Source: Caldithrix sp. (GTDB lineage Bacteria > Calditrichota > Calditrichia > Calditrichales > Calditrichaceae). Taken from it: a DNA stretch of 64,000 nucleotides. This document shows, one piece after another, positions 8,303 through 18,820 of this stretch; within the stretch, counting starts at the first letter, position 1, and every line of letters starts with the position of its first letter. The translations under genes were made by a program, and so were the position numbers. Location of the stretch: contig DYOS01000001.1 of assembly GCA_020720405.1 (NCBI GenBank), positions 31,002-95,001 of the forward strand. The letters run 5' to 3'. A model generated the notes under the pieces. That model was not told where the DNA came from and did not search any database. It saw only the letters and a program-made list of their open reading frames with translations.

Positions 8303-8483
8303 AAAATCTCCCGCTTAATTTTATATTTCCGGATTCTTGCATAAAAACGAATGTAGAATCTAAAATTATATAAATCAAAATATTGAAAGAGTTGTTTGCC
8401 ACAAAAAGATAAAAATTTCAATGCTTTTGTTTTTAAAGTTATGGTAGATATATTCTGACTCAGTAATTGAGATTTGGGATAGA

Positions 8484-8831
8484 ATGCCTATGGAAAAGAT
8501 GTTTTATTCAATAAGTCAGGTCTCGGAATTTAGCTTATTGCCTCAATCCGTTCTCAGGTATTGGGAAACCGTTTTTGAAGAACTTTCGCCACGTAAATCT
8601 CCTGGTGGCACCCGCCAATATTCTGATGAAGATGTTACTTTGATCTTAAAGATTAAAAACCTGCTTTATGAAAAAGGTATGACCATAAAGGGGGTTCAAA
8701 AAGTTTTAAAGAACAATAGGTCAACAGTGGATGAATCCGGGCAAACCACACCAACTGCACCAGTCGATAAAAAGGATTGGATTATAGATTACTTAAAATC
8801 CTTGTTGTCTGAAATAAGATCAGCTGATTGA
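8484..8831 (+). CDS. MerR-family HTH transcriptional regulator (small)
   Basis: YSISQVSEFSLLPQSVLRYWETVF...GGTRQYSDEDVTLILKIKNLLYEKGMTIKGVQKVL matches the MerR winged-helix pattern. Confidence 0.7.
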   Translation: MPMEKMFYSISQVSEFSLLPQSVLRYWETVFEELSPRKSPGGTRQYSDEDVTLILKIKNLLYEKGMTIKGVQKVLKNNRSTVDESGQTTPTAPVDKKDWIIDYLKSLLSEIRSAD

Positions 8832-8873
8832 ATTGATTTCGATATGCTGAGACTCTAAATTAACCGCTTGATT

Positions 8874-8947
8874 CGGAGCGTAGCGCAGTCCGGTAGCGCA
8901 CTTGAATGGGGTTCAAGGGGTCGCTGGTTCAAATCCAGTCGCTCCGA
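8874..8947 (+). tRNA. tRNA-Pro (anticodon GGG)
   Basis: I folded the cloverleaf by hand. The acceptor stem is CGGAGCG/CGCTCCG, the D stem is GCGC/GCGC, and the anticodon stem is CTTGA/TCAAG with loop AT-GGG-GT. The T arm is GCTGG-TTCAAAT-CCAGT and the discriminator is A. Confidence 0.9.
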
Positions 8948-8953
8948 CAAGAT

Positions 8954-8997
8954 AGGCTGATCAGCAAAAATCAATAAACTGATCAGCCTTATTTTTT
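8954..8997 (+). terminator. Rho-independent terminator after tRNA-Pro(GGG)
   Basis: AGGCTGATCAG-(14 nt)-CTGATCAGCCT forms an 11-bp stem and is followed by TATTTTTTA. Confidence 0.7.
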
Positions 8998-9017
8998 ATA
9001 ACCAATCGATATTAATA

Positions 9018-9713
9018 ATGATATATGACTTACTGATTCCTGCTTATAATGCTGAGAAAACGATCCCGGAATTACTGCGCCAGATTAACGAGATGGGTTG
9101 TCCGCCGCTGAATCTGATAGTGGTTGATGATGGATCCAGTGATCACACTTTTTCAATTTTACAGCAGAATGTTGAGCATTGTCTTCGTCATGAAAAAAAT
9201 ACCGGTAAAGGCTCTGCTTTACAGCATGGATTGAATTACGCATTAACAAATTCATCTGCACCGGTAGTTATCTGTATAGATTCAGACTTGCAACATTTGC
9301 CTGAACAAATTCCGGCCTTCCTGGAAAAATATGAAAAAGATGGCATTGAATTAATAATTGGTAACCGGATCGGGCGAAAGAAAGTTATGCCGATTGAAAG
9401 AAGAATTTCCAACTTCCTGACATCAAAATTGTTGAGCTTTTTTACCAGCCAATCCTTACCGGACAGCCAGTGCGGATTCCGCCTTGTCAGTAAAAATCTG
9501 CTTTCCCGGGTTAATATCAGTAACACGGGATTCCAGTTTGAAAGTCAGTTTATTCTGGAAACCGCCCGGCTTGGTTTTAAAATTGGATTTGTAAATATCC
9601 CAACCATCTATAATAATCACCGATCAAATATTCATCATTTAAGGGACACCATAGGTTTCATAAAACTTATCCTTGTGGAAATCCGGAGAAGGTTATGGTT
9701 TTCGAAAACCTGA
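9018..9713 (+). CDS. Family 2 glycosyltransferase (polyprenol-phosphate sugar transferase-like)
   Basis: LLIPAYNAEKTI, VVDDGSSDHT, a DSD motif (ICIDSDLQH) and QCGFR are typical of GT2 and DPM1-like enzymes. Confidence 0.8.
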   Translation: MIYDLLIPAYNAEKTIPELLRQINEMGCPPLNLIVVDDGSSDHTFSILQQNVEHCLRHEKNTGKGSALQHGLNYALTNSSAPVVICIDSDLQHLPEQIPAFLEKYEKDGIELIIGNRIGRKKVMPIERRISNFLTSKLLSFFTSQSLPDSQCGFRLVSKNLLSRVNISNTGFQFESQFILETARLGFKIGFVNIPTIYNNHRSNIHHLRDTIGFIKLILVEIRRRLWFSKT

Positions 9714-10324
9714 GGAACAAAATGATCGGAATGTTGCGGGAGAGAGGAATTTCCGATCCAGGTCTGCTTGCAGCGATGGGCAGGGTGGAACGTCATAAAT
9801 TTGTTCCACCCGGACTTGAACACCAGGCTTACGATGACAAAGCTTTGCCAATAGGTTTCGGTCAAACCATTAGTCACCCCTATACAGTTGCCCTGATGAC
9901 CGAAACCTTAAATTTGAAAAAAGGAGAGAAAGTCCTTGAAATTGGAACTGGATCGGGTTACCAGGCTGCAATTCTGGCCGAGCTCGGGGCCCAGGTATTT
10001 ACGATCGAAAAAATTACAGCATTGGGTCAGAGAGCGAAGTTATTACTGGAAGGGTTGGGCTATTCGTTTGTTTCCCGAATCGGGGACGGAACGCTGGGTT
10101 GGCAAACATATGCTCCTTATGATGCGGTTATTATTACGGCAGGAGCACCAGTTTTACCGGAGTCTTTATTATCACAGGTAAAATCAGAAGGGCGGTTGAT
10201 TATCCCAATTGGTTCCAGATCCGAACAGATGCTCAAATTGTATCAGAAAAGAAATAATGAAATAATTATTCAGGATATCGAATTCTTAAAATTTGTACCA
10301 TTAACCGGCAAACAAGGATGGTAA
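9695..10324 (+). CDS. pcm: Protein-L-isoaspartate O-methyltransferase
   Basis: RHKFVP..AY.D.ALPIGFGQTISHPYTVALM and the SAM motif VLEIGTGSGYQAAILAEL support the call. It overlaps the GT2 gene by 19 nt. Confidence 0.9.
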   Translation: MVFENLRNKMIGMLRERGISDPGLLAAMGRVERHKFVPPGLEHQAYDDKALPIGFGQTISHPYTVALMTETLNLKKGEKVLEIGTGSGYQAAILAELGAQVFTIEKITALGQRAKLLLEGLGYSFVSRIGDGTLGWQTYAPYDAVIITAGAPVLPESLLSQVKSEGRLIIPIGSRSEQMLKLYQKRNNEIIIQDIEFLKFVPLTGKQGW

Positions 10325-10327
10325 AGA

Positions 10328-11164
10328 GTGGTAATTAGTTGGTGGAAACTGATTCTATTCGGCGGCGGGATCGGGGTAGCGAATATTATTCCCGGTGTCA
10401 GTGGTGGAACAATGGCAGTTGTTTTTGGCATTTATGAAAAACTGATAAATATTATTGGCACTTACTTCACTGACCTGAAAAACATCCGTCCGAATTCGGT
10501 TTTTATATTTTTTCTGGCGGCAGGTGCAGCGAGTGCTATTATTGCTCTTTCATGGGTAATGGATTTTTTATTACTAAATTATGCTATCTATACTTATATC
10601 TTTTTTTGTGGCTTAATTGCCGGTTCAGTACCCTCGGTTTATAAAAATCATTCTGATATGAAGATTGATTTTAATGACATTGGCCTGTTTCTATTAGCTA
10701 TTTTGATCATGTATATTTTCACCTTTGTCCCAAAACCAGCCAGTGAAGCAGCTGATTTATCTCTGGCCGGTACTACTTCCATTCCCTTATTGTTACTCTC
10801 GGGGATTGTCGCTGGCGGCGCAATGATTGTTCCCGGAATAAGTGGTTCGCTTATGCTCGTTGTGATGAATCAGTATATTAATATTATTCGGGCAATTAAG
10901 CATTTTGATTTCGCCATTCTTTCTATTTTTTCCATTGGGGTCGGTCTTGGAATTCTACTATTCTCAAAATTGATCAGCTATTTGCTAAACCGCTTTCCAC
11001 GGTTAACCATGTTTTTTTTACTCGGATTGGTTGCTGGTTCACTTATTCCCATTTTTCCGGGTTTTGCTTCAAGTACTGGTGGAAATATGCTTTTACTGCT
11101 TTTTTTGGGATTAGGGCTCGTTTCTGCACTCGAAATGGAAAAAATCAATCCATCTACCAATTGA
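10328..11164 (+). CDS. DUF368 family membrane protein (polyprenyl-phosphate transporter family)
   Basis: The protein is polytopic and carries two PG(V/I)SG(G/S) repeats, IPGVSGGTMAVVFGIYE and VPGISGSLMLVVM, which are diagnostic of DUF368. The start codon is GTG. Confidence 0.8.
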   Translation: MVISWWKLILFGGGIGVANIIPGVSGGTMAVVFGIYEKLINIIGTYFTDLKNIRPNSVFIFFLAAGAASAIIALSWVMDFLLLNYAIYTYIFFCGLIAGSVPSVYKNHSDMKIDFNDIGLFLLAILIMYIFTFVPKPASEAADLSLAGTTSIPLLLLSGIVAGGAMIVPGISGSLMLVVMNQYINIIRAIKHFDFAILSIFSIGVGLGILLFSKLISYLLNRFPRLTMFFLLGLVAGSLIPIFPGFASSTGGNMLLLLFLGLGLVSALEMEKINPSTN

Positions 11165-11204
11165 CATAAGTATATAAGCAATTTATATTTATGGCTTGTC
11201 TTTT

Positions 11205-11279
<75 letters not shown>

Positions 11280-11300
11280 CTTTTTCCCGCCAATCCAATC

Positions 11301-11329
11301 TTGAACATATAATCAATCATTGATATTTT
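11301..11329 (+). promoter_or_regulatory. Sigma70-like promoter motif upstream of leuS
   Basis: TTGAAC (11301-11306), a 17-nt spacer and TATTTT (11324-11329) form the motif. A GGAG Shine-Dalgarno sequence lies before ATG 11350. This is a motif match only. Confidence 0.3.
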
Positions 11330-11349
11330 GAAAATAAACTGGAGTCTTC

Positions 11350-13974
11350 ATGGCATATCCATTTTCAACAATTGAAAAAAAATGGCAAAAATTCTGGGCA
11401 GAGAACAAAACATTTAAAACCGAAGACCATATTGATACTTCAAAACCAAAATTTTATGTTCTTGATATGTTTCCATATCCAAGCGGAGCCGGTTTGCATG
11501 TCGGGCATCCTGAGGGATATACCGCAACCGACATTGTTGCCAGATTTAAACGGCTGAACGGATTTAATGTCCTCCATCCGATGGGTTGGGATGCCTTCGG
11601 CCTGCCTGCAGAACAATATGCCATAGAGACCGGAACCCATCCGGCCATTACTACTCAGAAAAATATCTCGAGATTCCGGGATCAGCTCAAAATGCTTGGA
11701 TTCTCCTATGATTGGGACAGACAAATTGATACAACCGATCCAAAATATTTTAAATGGACGCAATGGATTTTTCTTCAACTTTATAAAAAGGGACTGGCTT
11801 ATATTGCTGAAGTTCCGGTCAACTGGTGCCCGGCATTGGGTACAGTATTGGCCAATGAGGAAATTATTGATGGAAAGAGTGAACGGGGAAATCATCCGGT
11901 TTACCGCCGCCCATTGCGGCAATGGATGCTTAAAATAACCGAATATGCCGAGAGATTACTGACGGACCTTGATGAGCTGGATTGGCCGGAAAGTACAAAG
12001 GAAATGCAACGCAACTGGATCGGCAAGTCCGAGGGTGCCGAAATTTCATTCCAAATTCAGAATTCAGAAGATACCATCGTTGTATTCACAACCCGTCCCG
12101 ATACCCTATTCGGGGCAACCTATATGGTTCTTGCACCCGAGCATCCACTGGTTAAAAAAATAACAGCACCCGGGCATCGGTCTGAAATAGATAGCTATAT
12201 TGAAAGCACTTCTAAAAAAAGTGACCTTGAAAGAACTGAATTGGCCAAAAAGAAAAGCGGCACCTTCACAGGATCATATGCTATTAATCCAGCTACCGGC
12301 AAAGCCATTCCGATATGGATTGCCGATTATGTTCTGTTAAGCTACGGTACTGGGGCAATCATGGCCGTTCCCGGACAGGATGAGCGGGACTGGGAATTTG
12401 CAGAGTTGTACAATCTTCCGATAATAAGAACCGTTCAGCCACCGGACAATTTTTCCGGGAAAGCGTATACCGGCGATGGACGAGCTATATATAGTGGTTT
12501 TTTAAATGGCCTGAACATTTCAGATGCAAAGGATAAAATAATAGAATTTCTGGAAAACGAAAAAAAAGGCCGGAAGAAAATAAACTATAAGTTACGTGAT
12601 TGGTTGTTTAGCCGGCAGCGTTATTGGGGTGAACCATTTCCGGTTATTTTTGACGAACAGAACAATACTCATCACCCATTAGATGAAACCGAACTGCCGT
12701 TATTACTGCCTGAAATGGCCGATTTCAAACCAGAATCCGCTGAGACTATGGATGCCGAGCCCCAGCCACCACTTTCCCGTGCTGAAAAAAGCTGGAAATA
12801 TGTGGAGAGAAATGGATATGTCTATCGTCGTGAATTCAATACAATGCCTCAATGGGCTGGCTCATGCTGGTACTATTTGAGATTTATTGATCCTCTGAAT
12901 GATCTCGTACTTTTGGACAAGGCAAAGGAAAACTACTGGATGCCAGTCGATTTATATGTCGGTGGTGCCGAACACTCTGTTTTGCATTTGTTATATGCCC
13001 GCTTCTGGCACAAAGTATTATATGACCTCGGTTATGTTTCTACCAAAGAGCCCTTTCAAAAACTTGTTCATCAGGGTATGATTTTAGGTGAGACTGAATA
13101 TCACCTGTACATATCGGGATCGGGGGAACCAATTTCTGGCGATGAAATCGTCCCTGGCAAAATCAACGATTATACAGCGAGAAGATTGAGTGAGGACGAT
13201 ATTGAAAAGGTTGGTGATAAATTTGTATTAAAGGGAAAACCGGAAATTAAAGTTGATACACGGGCTTACAAAATGAGTAAAAGCAGAGGTAATGTCATAA
13301 ATCCCGATGATATTATTGTTCAGTACGGTGCGGACTCACTTCGTTTATATGAGATGTTTATGGGACCTCTGAAGGATATGAAATCGTGGAGTATGCGTGG
13401 CGTTGAGGGAGTTTACCGTTTTCTGAACCGTGTCTGGCGACTTGCTATTGATGAAGAATCTGATACGATTCTAAAAAATGTACAGGATATTCAACCAACC
13501 CGTGAACAACAAAAACAATTACATTTCATGATCAATAAAGTGACAAAAGATATTAATGAAATGGCCTTTAACACCGCAATTGCAGCAATGATGACCTTTA
13601 CCAATGAAGCAAATAAATGGGAGAATCGGCCGAAATCTGTATTAAAATCCTTTCTCGTTTTACTTAATCCCTTTGCCCCACATATAACAGAAGAGTTATG
13701 GAGTAGACTTGGATTTAAAAGTACTATAACTAATCAATCATGGCCGCTGTTTAATCCTGACTATGTTAAAGATGAGTATCAGCAAATAATGCTTCAGATT
13801 AATGGAAAATTGCGTGGAGAAATGCGGGTTGAAGTTTCTCAGGCCATGAACCGGGAATTTCTACTTGAAAAAGCCCTTCAGGAAGAAACTATAACCAGAC
13901 GGATAGGGGAATATCGTATCCTTAAAAAAATTGCGGTTCCTGGGAAGCTGGTAAATATAGTTATTGAGTTATGA
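11350..13974 (+). CDS. leuS: Leucine--tRNA ligase
   Basis: The HIGH motif is [16 protein letters not shown] and the KMSKS motif is YKMSKSRGN. The CP1 editing domain is present. Its 874 aa is typical for bacterial LeuRS. Confidence 0.95.
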   Translation: MAYPFSTIEKKWQKFWAENKTFKTEDHIDTSKPKFYVLDMFPYPSGAGLHVGHPEGYTATDIVARFKRLNGFNVLHPMGWDAFGLPAEQYAIETGTHPAITTQKNISRFRDQLKMLGFSYDWDRQIDTTDPKYFKWTQWIFLQLYKKGLAYIAEVPVNWCPALGTVLANEEIIDGKSERGNHPVYRRPLRQWMLKITEYAERLLTDLDELDWPESTKEMQRNWIGKSEGAEISFQIQNSEDTIVVFTTRPDTLFGATYMVLAPEHPLVKKITAPGHRSEIDSYIESTSKKSDLERTELAKKKSGTFTGSYAINPATGKAIPIWIADYVLLSYGTGAIMAVPGQDERDWEFAELYNLPIIRTVQPPDNFSGKAYTGDGRAIYSGFLNGLNISDAKDKIIEFLENEKKGRKKINYKLRDWLFSRQRYWGEPFPVIFDEQNNTHHPLDETELPLLLPEMADFKPESAETMDAEPQPPLSRAEKSWKYVERNGYVYRREFNTMPQWAGSCWYYLRFIDPLNDLVLLDKAKENYWMPVDLYVGGAEHSVLHLLYARFWHKVLYDLGYVSTKEPFQKLVHQGMILGETEYHLYISGSGEPISGDEIVPGKINDYTARRLSEDDIEKVGDKFVLKGKPEIKVDTRAYKMSKSRGNVINPDDIIVQYGADSLRLYEMFMGPLKDMKSWSMRGVEGVYRFLNRVWRLAIDEESDTILKNVQDIQPTREQQKQLHFMINKVTKDINEMAFNTAIAAMMTFTNEANKWENRPKSVLKSFLVLLNPFAPHITEELWSRLGFKSTITNQSWPLFNPDYVKDEYQQIMLQINGKLRGEMRVEVSQAMNREFLLEKALQEETITRRIGEYRILKKIAVPGKLVNIVIEL

Positions 13975-14747
13975 TGACCCATTTAACCATAATTGGAATA
14001 TCTCTTCTTATTGTTATAATCAGTTATTATTTCCGATTTCTGTCACTAAGCGGTTCACTGGCAACGTTTATTCTTGCCGAAATTCTGCTTGAAGCGGGCG
14101 GGATCAAATTTATTTATCCCATATTGTCATTTTTTTTACTTTCATCCATACTTAGTAAAATTTCAAAAAAATATTTTTCTTTCGGTGATGAGATTCTTGA
14201 AAAAGGAAGCCGGCGCGATCATTTGCAGGTTATTGCCAATGGTGGCTTTCCTGGAATGATTGTTTTATCGGGTTTATTATTAAATATAGAAGTTTATAAT
14301 CTTTATCTTGTGAGTTTAGCGGCAGCAGCAGCTGACACCTGGTCAACGGAAATTGGTTTAATTTATGGCCGAAATCCAGTTCGCATTACCGAACCCTGGA
14401 AGCCAATTCAAAAAGGAATGTCCGGAGGCGTATCCTGGCAAGGTTTTTCCGGTGGAATTCTTGGTAGTTTTTCTGTCGCTGTTTTTAGTCTGACTCAAAA
14501 CCAATCCACAATTCTGAGCATGTCCTTTATTGTCTTATTCGGTTTTTTGGGAACAATTTTGGATAGTTATATAGGTGCAACCGTTCAGGGCTTATATGAT
14601 TGTCATGAATGCGGAAAAAGGACTGAAAGAAAAATACATTGTAACAAAAAGACAAATTTAATAAAAGGCTATGGATTTATTACAAATGATGTTGTGAACA
14701 TTTTGAGCCCGGCTCTATCCACTTTATTCTACGTGTTGGTTATATAA
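13971..14747 (+). CDS. DUF92 (TMEM19-like) integral membrane protein
   Basis: The protein is polytopic and carries [13 protein letters not shown], the conserved DUF92 block. Its ATG overlaps the leuS stop (ATGA). Confidence 0.7.
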   Translation: MMTHLTIIGISLLIVIISYYFRFLSLSGSLATFILAEILLEAGGIKFIYPILSFFLLSSILSKISKKYFSFGDEILEKGSRRDHLQVIANGGFPGMIVLSGLLLNIEVYNLYLVSLAAAAADTWSTEIGLIYGRNPVRITEPWKPIQKGMSGGVSWQGFSGGILGSFSVAVFSLTQNQSTILSMSFIVLFGFLGTILDSYIGATVQGLYDCHECGKRTERKIHCNKKTNLIKGYGFITNDVVNILSPALSTLFYVLVI

Positions 14748-14883
14748 CATATATTATGTAAACTATTATCTTCCCTTGCAAGTTGTGTAACATATTGATT
14801 ATTAATAACTTATAATTGTTCTTGAATTGTTTGATACTTTTTTACAATTTCTGTCATATTTACATGAACAAAAGGTGGCTCTT

Positions 14884-15093
14884 ATGGCTGACAAAGAAAT
14901 GCTGGTGGTGGAATATTTAAAAATCTATTTCCAGGCGCATCCCGAAAAAGTACCTGAAGATACAGACCAGGCCTTCAGTTTATTTCAGAAACTGCATAAA
15001 AAATATAAAGTTAAATTTATTGCGGACTTCAAAGAGAAAAGCGAAAAATTTGTAGACAAATATATGGATGATAAGAAGGATATTTATTACTGA
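14884..15093 (+). CDS. Hypothetical small protein
   Basis: The ORF track starts at TTG 14827. I prefer ATG 14884, which is preceded by an AAGGTGG Shine-Dalgarno sequence. The product is helical and K/E-rich, and I recognised no family. Confidence 0.35.
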   Translation: MADKEMLVVEYLKIYFQAHPEKVPEDTDQAFSLFQKLHKKYKVKFIADFKEKSEKFVDKYMDDKKDIYY

Positions 15094-15109
15094 GATTTAG
15101 CCTGGGCAG

Positions 15110-15313
15110 CTATTCTGCTTTTATGTTTGCTTTCTGACTTGACTGAAAAGGAAAGCCTTTAATTTTCTGATATAATTCTTCGCGAAAAATCTCTATATCC
15201 CGGGGAGCATCAATACCCAATTTAACCTGATTGCCATCTATATCCACAATGACCAGGCGAATGTTATCCCCTATTGTAATGGCTTCACCTAACTTCCGTG
15301 TCAATACTAACAT
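15110..15313 (-). CDS. csrA: Carbon storage regulator CsrA
   Basis: [48 protein letters not shown] is a near-canonical CsrA sequence. Confidence 0.92.
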   Translation of the reverse strand: MLVLTRKLGEAITIGDNIRLVIVDIDGNQVKLGIDAPRDIEIFREELYQKIKGFPFQSSQKANIKAE

Positions 15314-15331
15314 GTAATTATCCTTTCGTAA

Positions 15332-16111
15332 TTATTTCCAGTAAGGTTTTCGTTTTTCAAGAAAAGCAGAAATACCTTCTGAAAAATCCGCAGTTTGTCT
15401 GCTTTGTGCATTGATATTCGACACGTGATAAATTTTCTCGCGGAGTGGAAATAGCAGTTCATCATAAAACAAGGCTTTTGTTGCCATCATTGATAATGGG
15501 GAGTTAGACTCAATTATTTGCTGCAATTTATTATATTCCAATTCCAATTCTTCACATTTCCCACAATAATTAATAAGGCCGATTTCTAAGGCTTCTTGCG
15601 CAGAATATTTTTTCCCAAAAATGAGCATTTCACGGGCTTTCCTCTCCCCTACCAACCTGATCAGGAAAAGCGAGACTACAGCCGGAATAAAACCAATTTT
15701 AACTTCCGGATAACCAAAAACAGCCTGTTCATCAGCAAACACATAGTCACAGACAGAAACAAGCCCACATCCACCTGCTAATGCCGGACCATACACTTTG
15801 GCAATAACCGGTTTTTTAAACGAAAATATTTTATACAATAATTCTGCCAAATGATTACTGTCGGATATTTGTTCTTCAAGTGTTTTTGTTTTTATTGACT
15901 GGAGATATTCTAAATCAGCCCCGCTGCAAAATGCTACTCTTGAACCTGTAATGGTTACCGAAAGAATTTCCCGATCTGGTTCCAGATCATTCAAAATATG
16001 CTTTAATTCAGAAATCAATTCCGGGTTTAATGCATTTTTACATTCAGGACGATGAATTTCAATTATGGCGTGTCTGCCGCTTTTTTCAATTAAAAGATAG
16101 TTATAATTCAT
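15332..16111 (-). CDS. Enoyl-CoA hydratase/isomerase family protein (likely methylglutaconyl-CoA hydratase)
   Basis: Crotonase-fold motifs are present: FCSGADL, GPALAGGCGLVSVCD and the catalytic segment FGYPEVKIGFIP. The gene sits directly downstream of a carboxyltransferase subunit. Confidence 0.8.
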   Translation of the reverse strand: MNYNYLLIEKSGRHAIIEIHRPECKNALNPELISELKHILNDLEPDREILSVTITGSRVAFCSGADLEYLQSIKTKTLEEQISDSNHLAELLYKIFSFKKPVIAKVYGPALAGGCGLVSVCDYVFADEQAVFGYPEVKIGFIPAVVSLFLIRLVGERKAREMLIFGKKYSAQEALEIGLINYCGKCEELELEYNKLQQIIESNSPLSMMATKALFYDELLFPLREKIYHVSNINAQSRQTADFSEGISAFLEKRKPYWK

Positions 16112-16115
16112 TTCA

Positions 16116-17792
16116 TTAAGTCTGGATATTACCTGGCGTAAAAACCGGTATTGAACTTCTGTTACTGACCGAATTCAATGCCGAAATAAGCCGGTCTCGG
16201 GTTTCATCCGGTAATATAATTTCATCAACCCATAAACGGGCTGCTGCATACCTGGGGTTTATCTGTGAATTATATGTGCTTTTTACTTTATTCAAAAGGT
16301 TTAGTTTATCTTCGTTTGACAATTCACTCCCTTCCCTTTCAAGCTGCCGGATACGAATATCAGCAAGGGTATTGGCCGCCTGTGCGGCACCCATTACGGC
16401 ATACTTCGCCGTTGGCCAGGCAAAAATAAAATCCGGAGCATAAGCCTTACCACACATGGCATAATTTCCGGCACCAAACGATCCTCCTGTGATAAGAGAA
16501 ATTTTGGGTACCACACTATTTGAAACCGCGTTCACCATTTTTGATCCGGCCTTAATAATACCATCATACTCAGCATCTTTGCCGACCATAAAACCATTAA
16601 CATCATGGATGAAAATAAGCGGAATCAGGTTTTGATTACAGTCCATAATAAACCGGGCGGCTTTTTCTGCGCTTTCTGTGTAAATAACACCGCCAAATTG
16701 TGGCGGTTGGCCTTTTAATCTGATATTCAATTTTTGATTAGCAACGATTCCGACAGAATAACCACCAATATGGGAATAACCACAGACAATAGTTTGGCCG
16801 AAATCTTTTTTATATTCTATGAATTCACTCTCATCTACAATTCTGGCAATTAATTCCCGGACATCATATTCATAGCTTTCTATGGAAGGCATTATTTTAT
16901 AGAGCTGTGATATTTCATACTTTGGCAACCGGATATTTATGGCTGGTTTAATAACTTGCGGACGTAAATTTATAGCCCCGATTAACTTGCGGATATGAGT
17001 TAGCGCGGTATGGTCATCCTTTTCTTTAAAATCTATTGTCCCACTTATTTGAGCATGGACGGAGGCTCCGCCAAGCTCCTCAGCATTAGTATCCTGACCA
17101 ATTGCAGCTTTTACCAAGGCCGGCCCGGCCAGAAAAAGGCCACTGCCCTCCGTCATCAAAATCGTATCCGTCATGACCGGAAGGTATGCGCCACCAGCAA
17201 CACACATACCCATAATAGCAGTAATCTGAGGAATGCCTTTCGCGGACATCCGTGCATTTAGATAAAAAACACGTCCAAAATCATCCTGGTCCGGGAATAC
17301 ATCTTCCTGCAAAGGCAGAAAAATACCAGCAGAATCAACAAGATACACGGTTGGTATTTCATTATCATAGGCAATGGTTTGGGCCCGGATAACTTTTTTG
17401 GCGGTCATCGGAAAAAAGGAACCGGCTTTTACGGTAGCATCATTTGCTATTATCAGGCAGGTCCTGGATTCTATACGGGCAAGTCCGGTGATCACCCCGG
17501 CGGCTGGTGCTCCTCCCCATTCTTCATACATACCAAACGCCGCGTATTGCCCAATTTCATGGAATGTAGAACCGGGATCGATCAGGTGAGCAATTCTTTC
17601 CCTGGCGGTCAACCGATTCTTTTGATGCTGTTTTTGAATATTCTTTTTCCCACCACCATCAGATATCTTTTGGCGCTCAGATTTAATGGCGACAATAGTG
17701 TCTAACCAATTATGTTCATTCTTATGGCAGGAAGGAGAATTCAGGTTGAAGGAACTGATCAGAATGTCTGAATTTTTCAAGCATAACTCCAA
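16116..17792 (-). CDS. Acyl-CoA carboxylase carboxyltransferase (beta) subunit, methylcrotonyl-CoA carboxylase-like
   Basis: LTARERIAHLIDPGSTFHEIG, ANDATVKAGSFFPMT and GGAYLPVMTD are characteristic of the MccB/PccB family. The apparent start codon is TTG. Confidence 0.85.
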   Translation of the reverse strand: MELCLKNSDILISSFNLNSPSCHKNEHNWLDTIVAIKSERQKISDGGGKKNIQKQHQKNRLTARERIAHLIDPGSTFHEIGQYAAFGMYEEWGGAPAAGVITGLARIESRTCLIIANDATVKAGSFFPMTAKKVIRAQTIAYDNEIPTVYLVDSAGIFLPLQEDVFPDQDDFGRVFYLNARMSAKGIPQITAIMGMCVAGGAYLPVMTDTILMTEGSGLFLAGPALVKAAIGQDTNAEELGGASVHAQISGTIDFKEKDDHTALTHIRKLIGAINLRPQVIKPAINIRLPKYEISQLYKIMPSIESYEYDVRELIARIVDESEFIEYKKDFGQTIVCGYSHIGGYSVGIVANQKLNIRLKGQPPQFGGVIYTESAEKAARFIMDCNQNLIPLIFIHDVNGFMVGKDAEYDGIIKAGSKMVNAVSNSVVPKISLITGGSFGAGNYAMCGKAYAPDFIFAWPTAKYAVMGAAQAANTLADIRIRQLEREGSELSNEDKLNLLNKVKSTYNSQINPRYAAARLWVDEIILPDETRDRLISALNSVSNRSSIPVFTPGNIQT

Positions 17793-17872
17793 AGAATACT
17801 TAACCTGTTAATAATATATAACTTACTTTAGTTGTTATAATATTAAAACCTACGGACAAAATCAATGCAGCA

Positions 17873-18442
17873 TCAAATGCTTAAGACATTTTCTCGTAAC
17901 CGCTGGATAGAAGCCGGATCTTTGATTGAAACCGGATAAATGGTTCCATCGGGAATAGTATGTATAAAATAATCAGTCTGAAGTCGAGCCTGATGACGGG
18001 ATAACTTATCGCTTTTGGTCAGCAGAATTATATAAGATTTTTTTAAATAATTCAGCCATTGAATGAGCTCGAGGTCCAAAACCTGTATCTCATGGCGGAT
18101 ATCGACCAGTACAAAAATCATTTTTATTGATTGGTTCTTTTCAATAAATGGCTCAATTGCCTGCTTCCAGGCCAATTGATCTTTTTGTGATCGTTTTGCA
18201 TAACCATAGCCTGGCAAATCAACAAAATAAGCCTGATTATCAACTAAAAAATAATTTATTGTCTGAGTTTTCCCAGGCGTTGACGAGGTTTTTACTAATT
18301 TCGAATTATTAAAAATGGCATTCATCAGGGATGATTTACCGACGTTTGAACGCCCGGCAAAAACAAATTCCGGTAGTTCCGGTAAAGGCCTTTGGTCTAA
18401 CCTTGTTATACTTTTGACAAAACTGGTTTTCTGAAAATTCAT
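17873..18442 (-). CDS. engB: Ribosome biogenesis GTPase YsxC/EngB
   Basis: The G1 motif is GRSNVGKSSLMNA, the DLPGYGYA motif is present, and G4 is TKSDK. Confidence 0.9.
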   Translation of the reverse strand: MNFQKTSFVKSITRLDQRPLPELPEFVFAGRSNVGKSSLMNAIFNNSKLVKTSSTPGKTQTINYFLVDNQAYFVDLPGYGYAKRSQKDQLAWKQAIEPFIEKNQSIKMIFVLVDIRHEIQVLDLELIQWLNYLKKSYIILLTKSDKLSRHQARLQTDYFIHTIPDGTIYPVSIKDPASIQRLRENVLSI

Positions 18443-18480
18443 AAAGTAGTACCGGAAGTACCTGAATTGTAATTTTTCAA

Positions 18481-18807
18481 TCAGGAAAGAAACGGTTTTA
18501 ATTTAGCTAAGAGCTGGTTTTTTGGTACTGCTCCAATAATCTGCTCTACCGGCTTACCATTGTGAAATATTAATAAAGTTGGTATTGAACGGATACCAAA
18601 CGACATTGAGACCTGCGGATTATGGTCAACATCAAGTTTTCCAACCTTTAATTTTCCGTTATACTCGCGGGCGATTTCTTCAACAATAGGCGCAATCATT
18701 CGGCATGGCGCACACCATTCAGCCCAAAAATCAACCAAAACCGGTTGATCAGATTTTAAAACTTCTGCTTCAAAATTAGAATCATTTAATTCAAGATAGT
18801 GTCCCAT
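18481..18807 (-). CDS. trxA: Thioredoxin
   Basis: The active-site block is VLVDFWAEWCAPCR (a WCxPC motif), IPTL is present, and the length is 108 aa. Confidence 0.9.
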   Translation of the reverse strand: MGHYLELNDSNFEAEVLKSDQPVLVDFWAEWCAPCRMIAPIVEEIAREYNGKLKVGKLDVDHNPQVSMSFGIRSIPTLLIFHNGKPVEQIIGAVPKNQLLAKLKPFLS

Positions 18808-18820
18808 TCGAGCCTCCGAA

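Noticed and set aside
11440-11938. Antisense and alternate-frame ORFs (11440-11922 -, 11454-11648 -, 11696-11938 +) lie inside leuS.
   Set aside because: They are shadow ORFs within a gene that has unambiguous LeuRS motifs. They show no independent evidence of coding.
14748-15109. There might be a CsrB-like GGA-rich sponge sRNA next to csrA.
   Set aside because: The region has few GGA motifs and none in repeated hairpin loops. It is better explained by a small ORF with a Shine-Dalgarno sequence.
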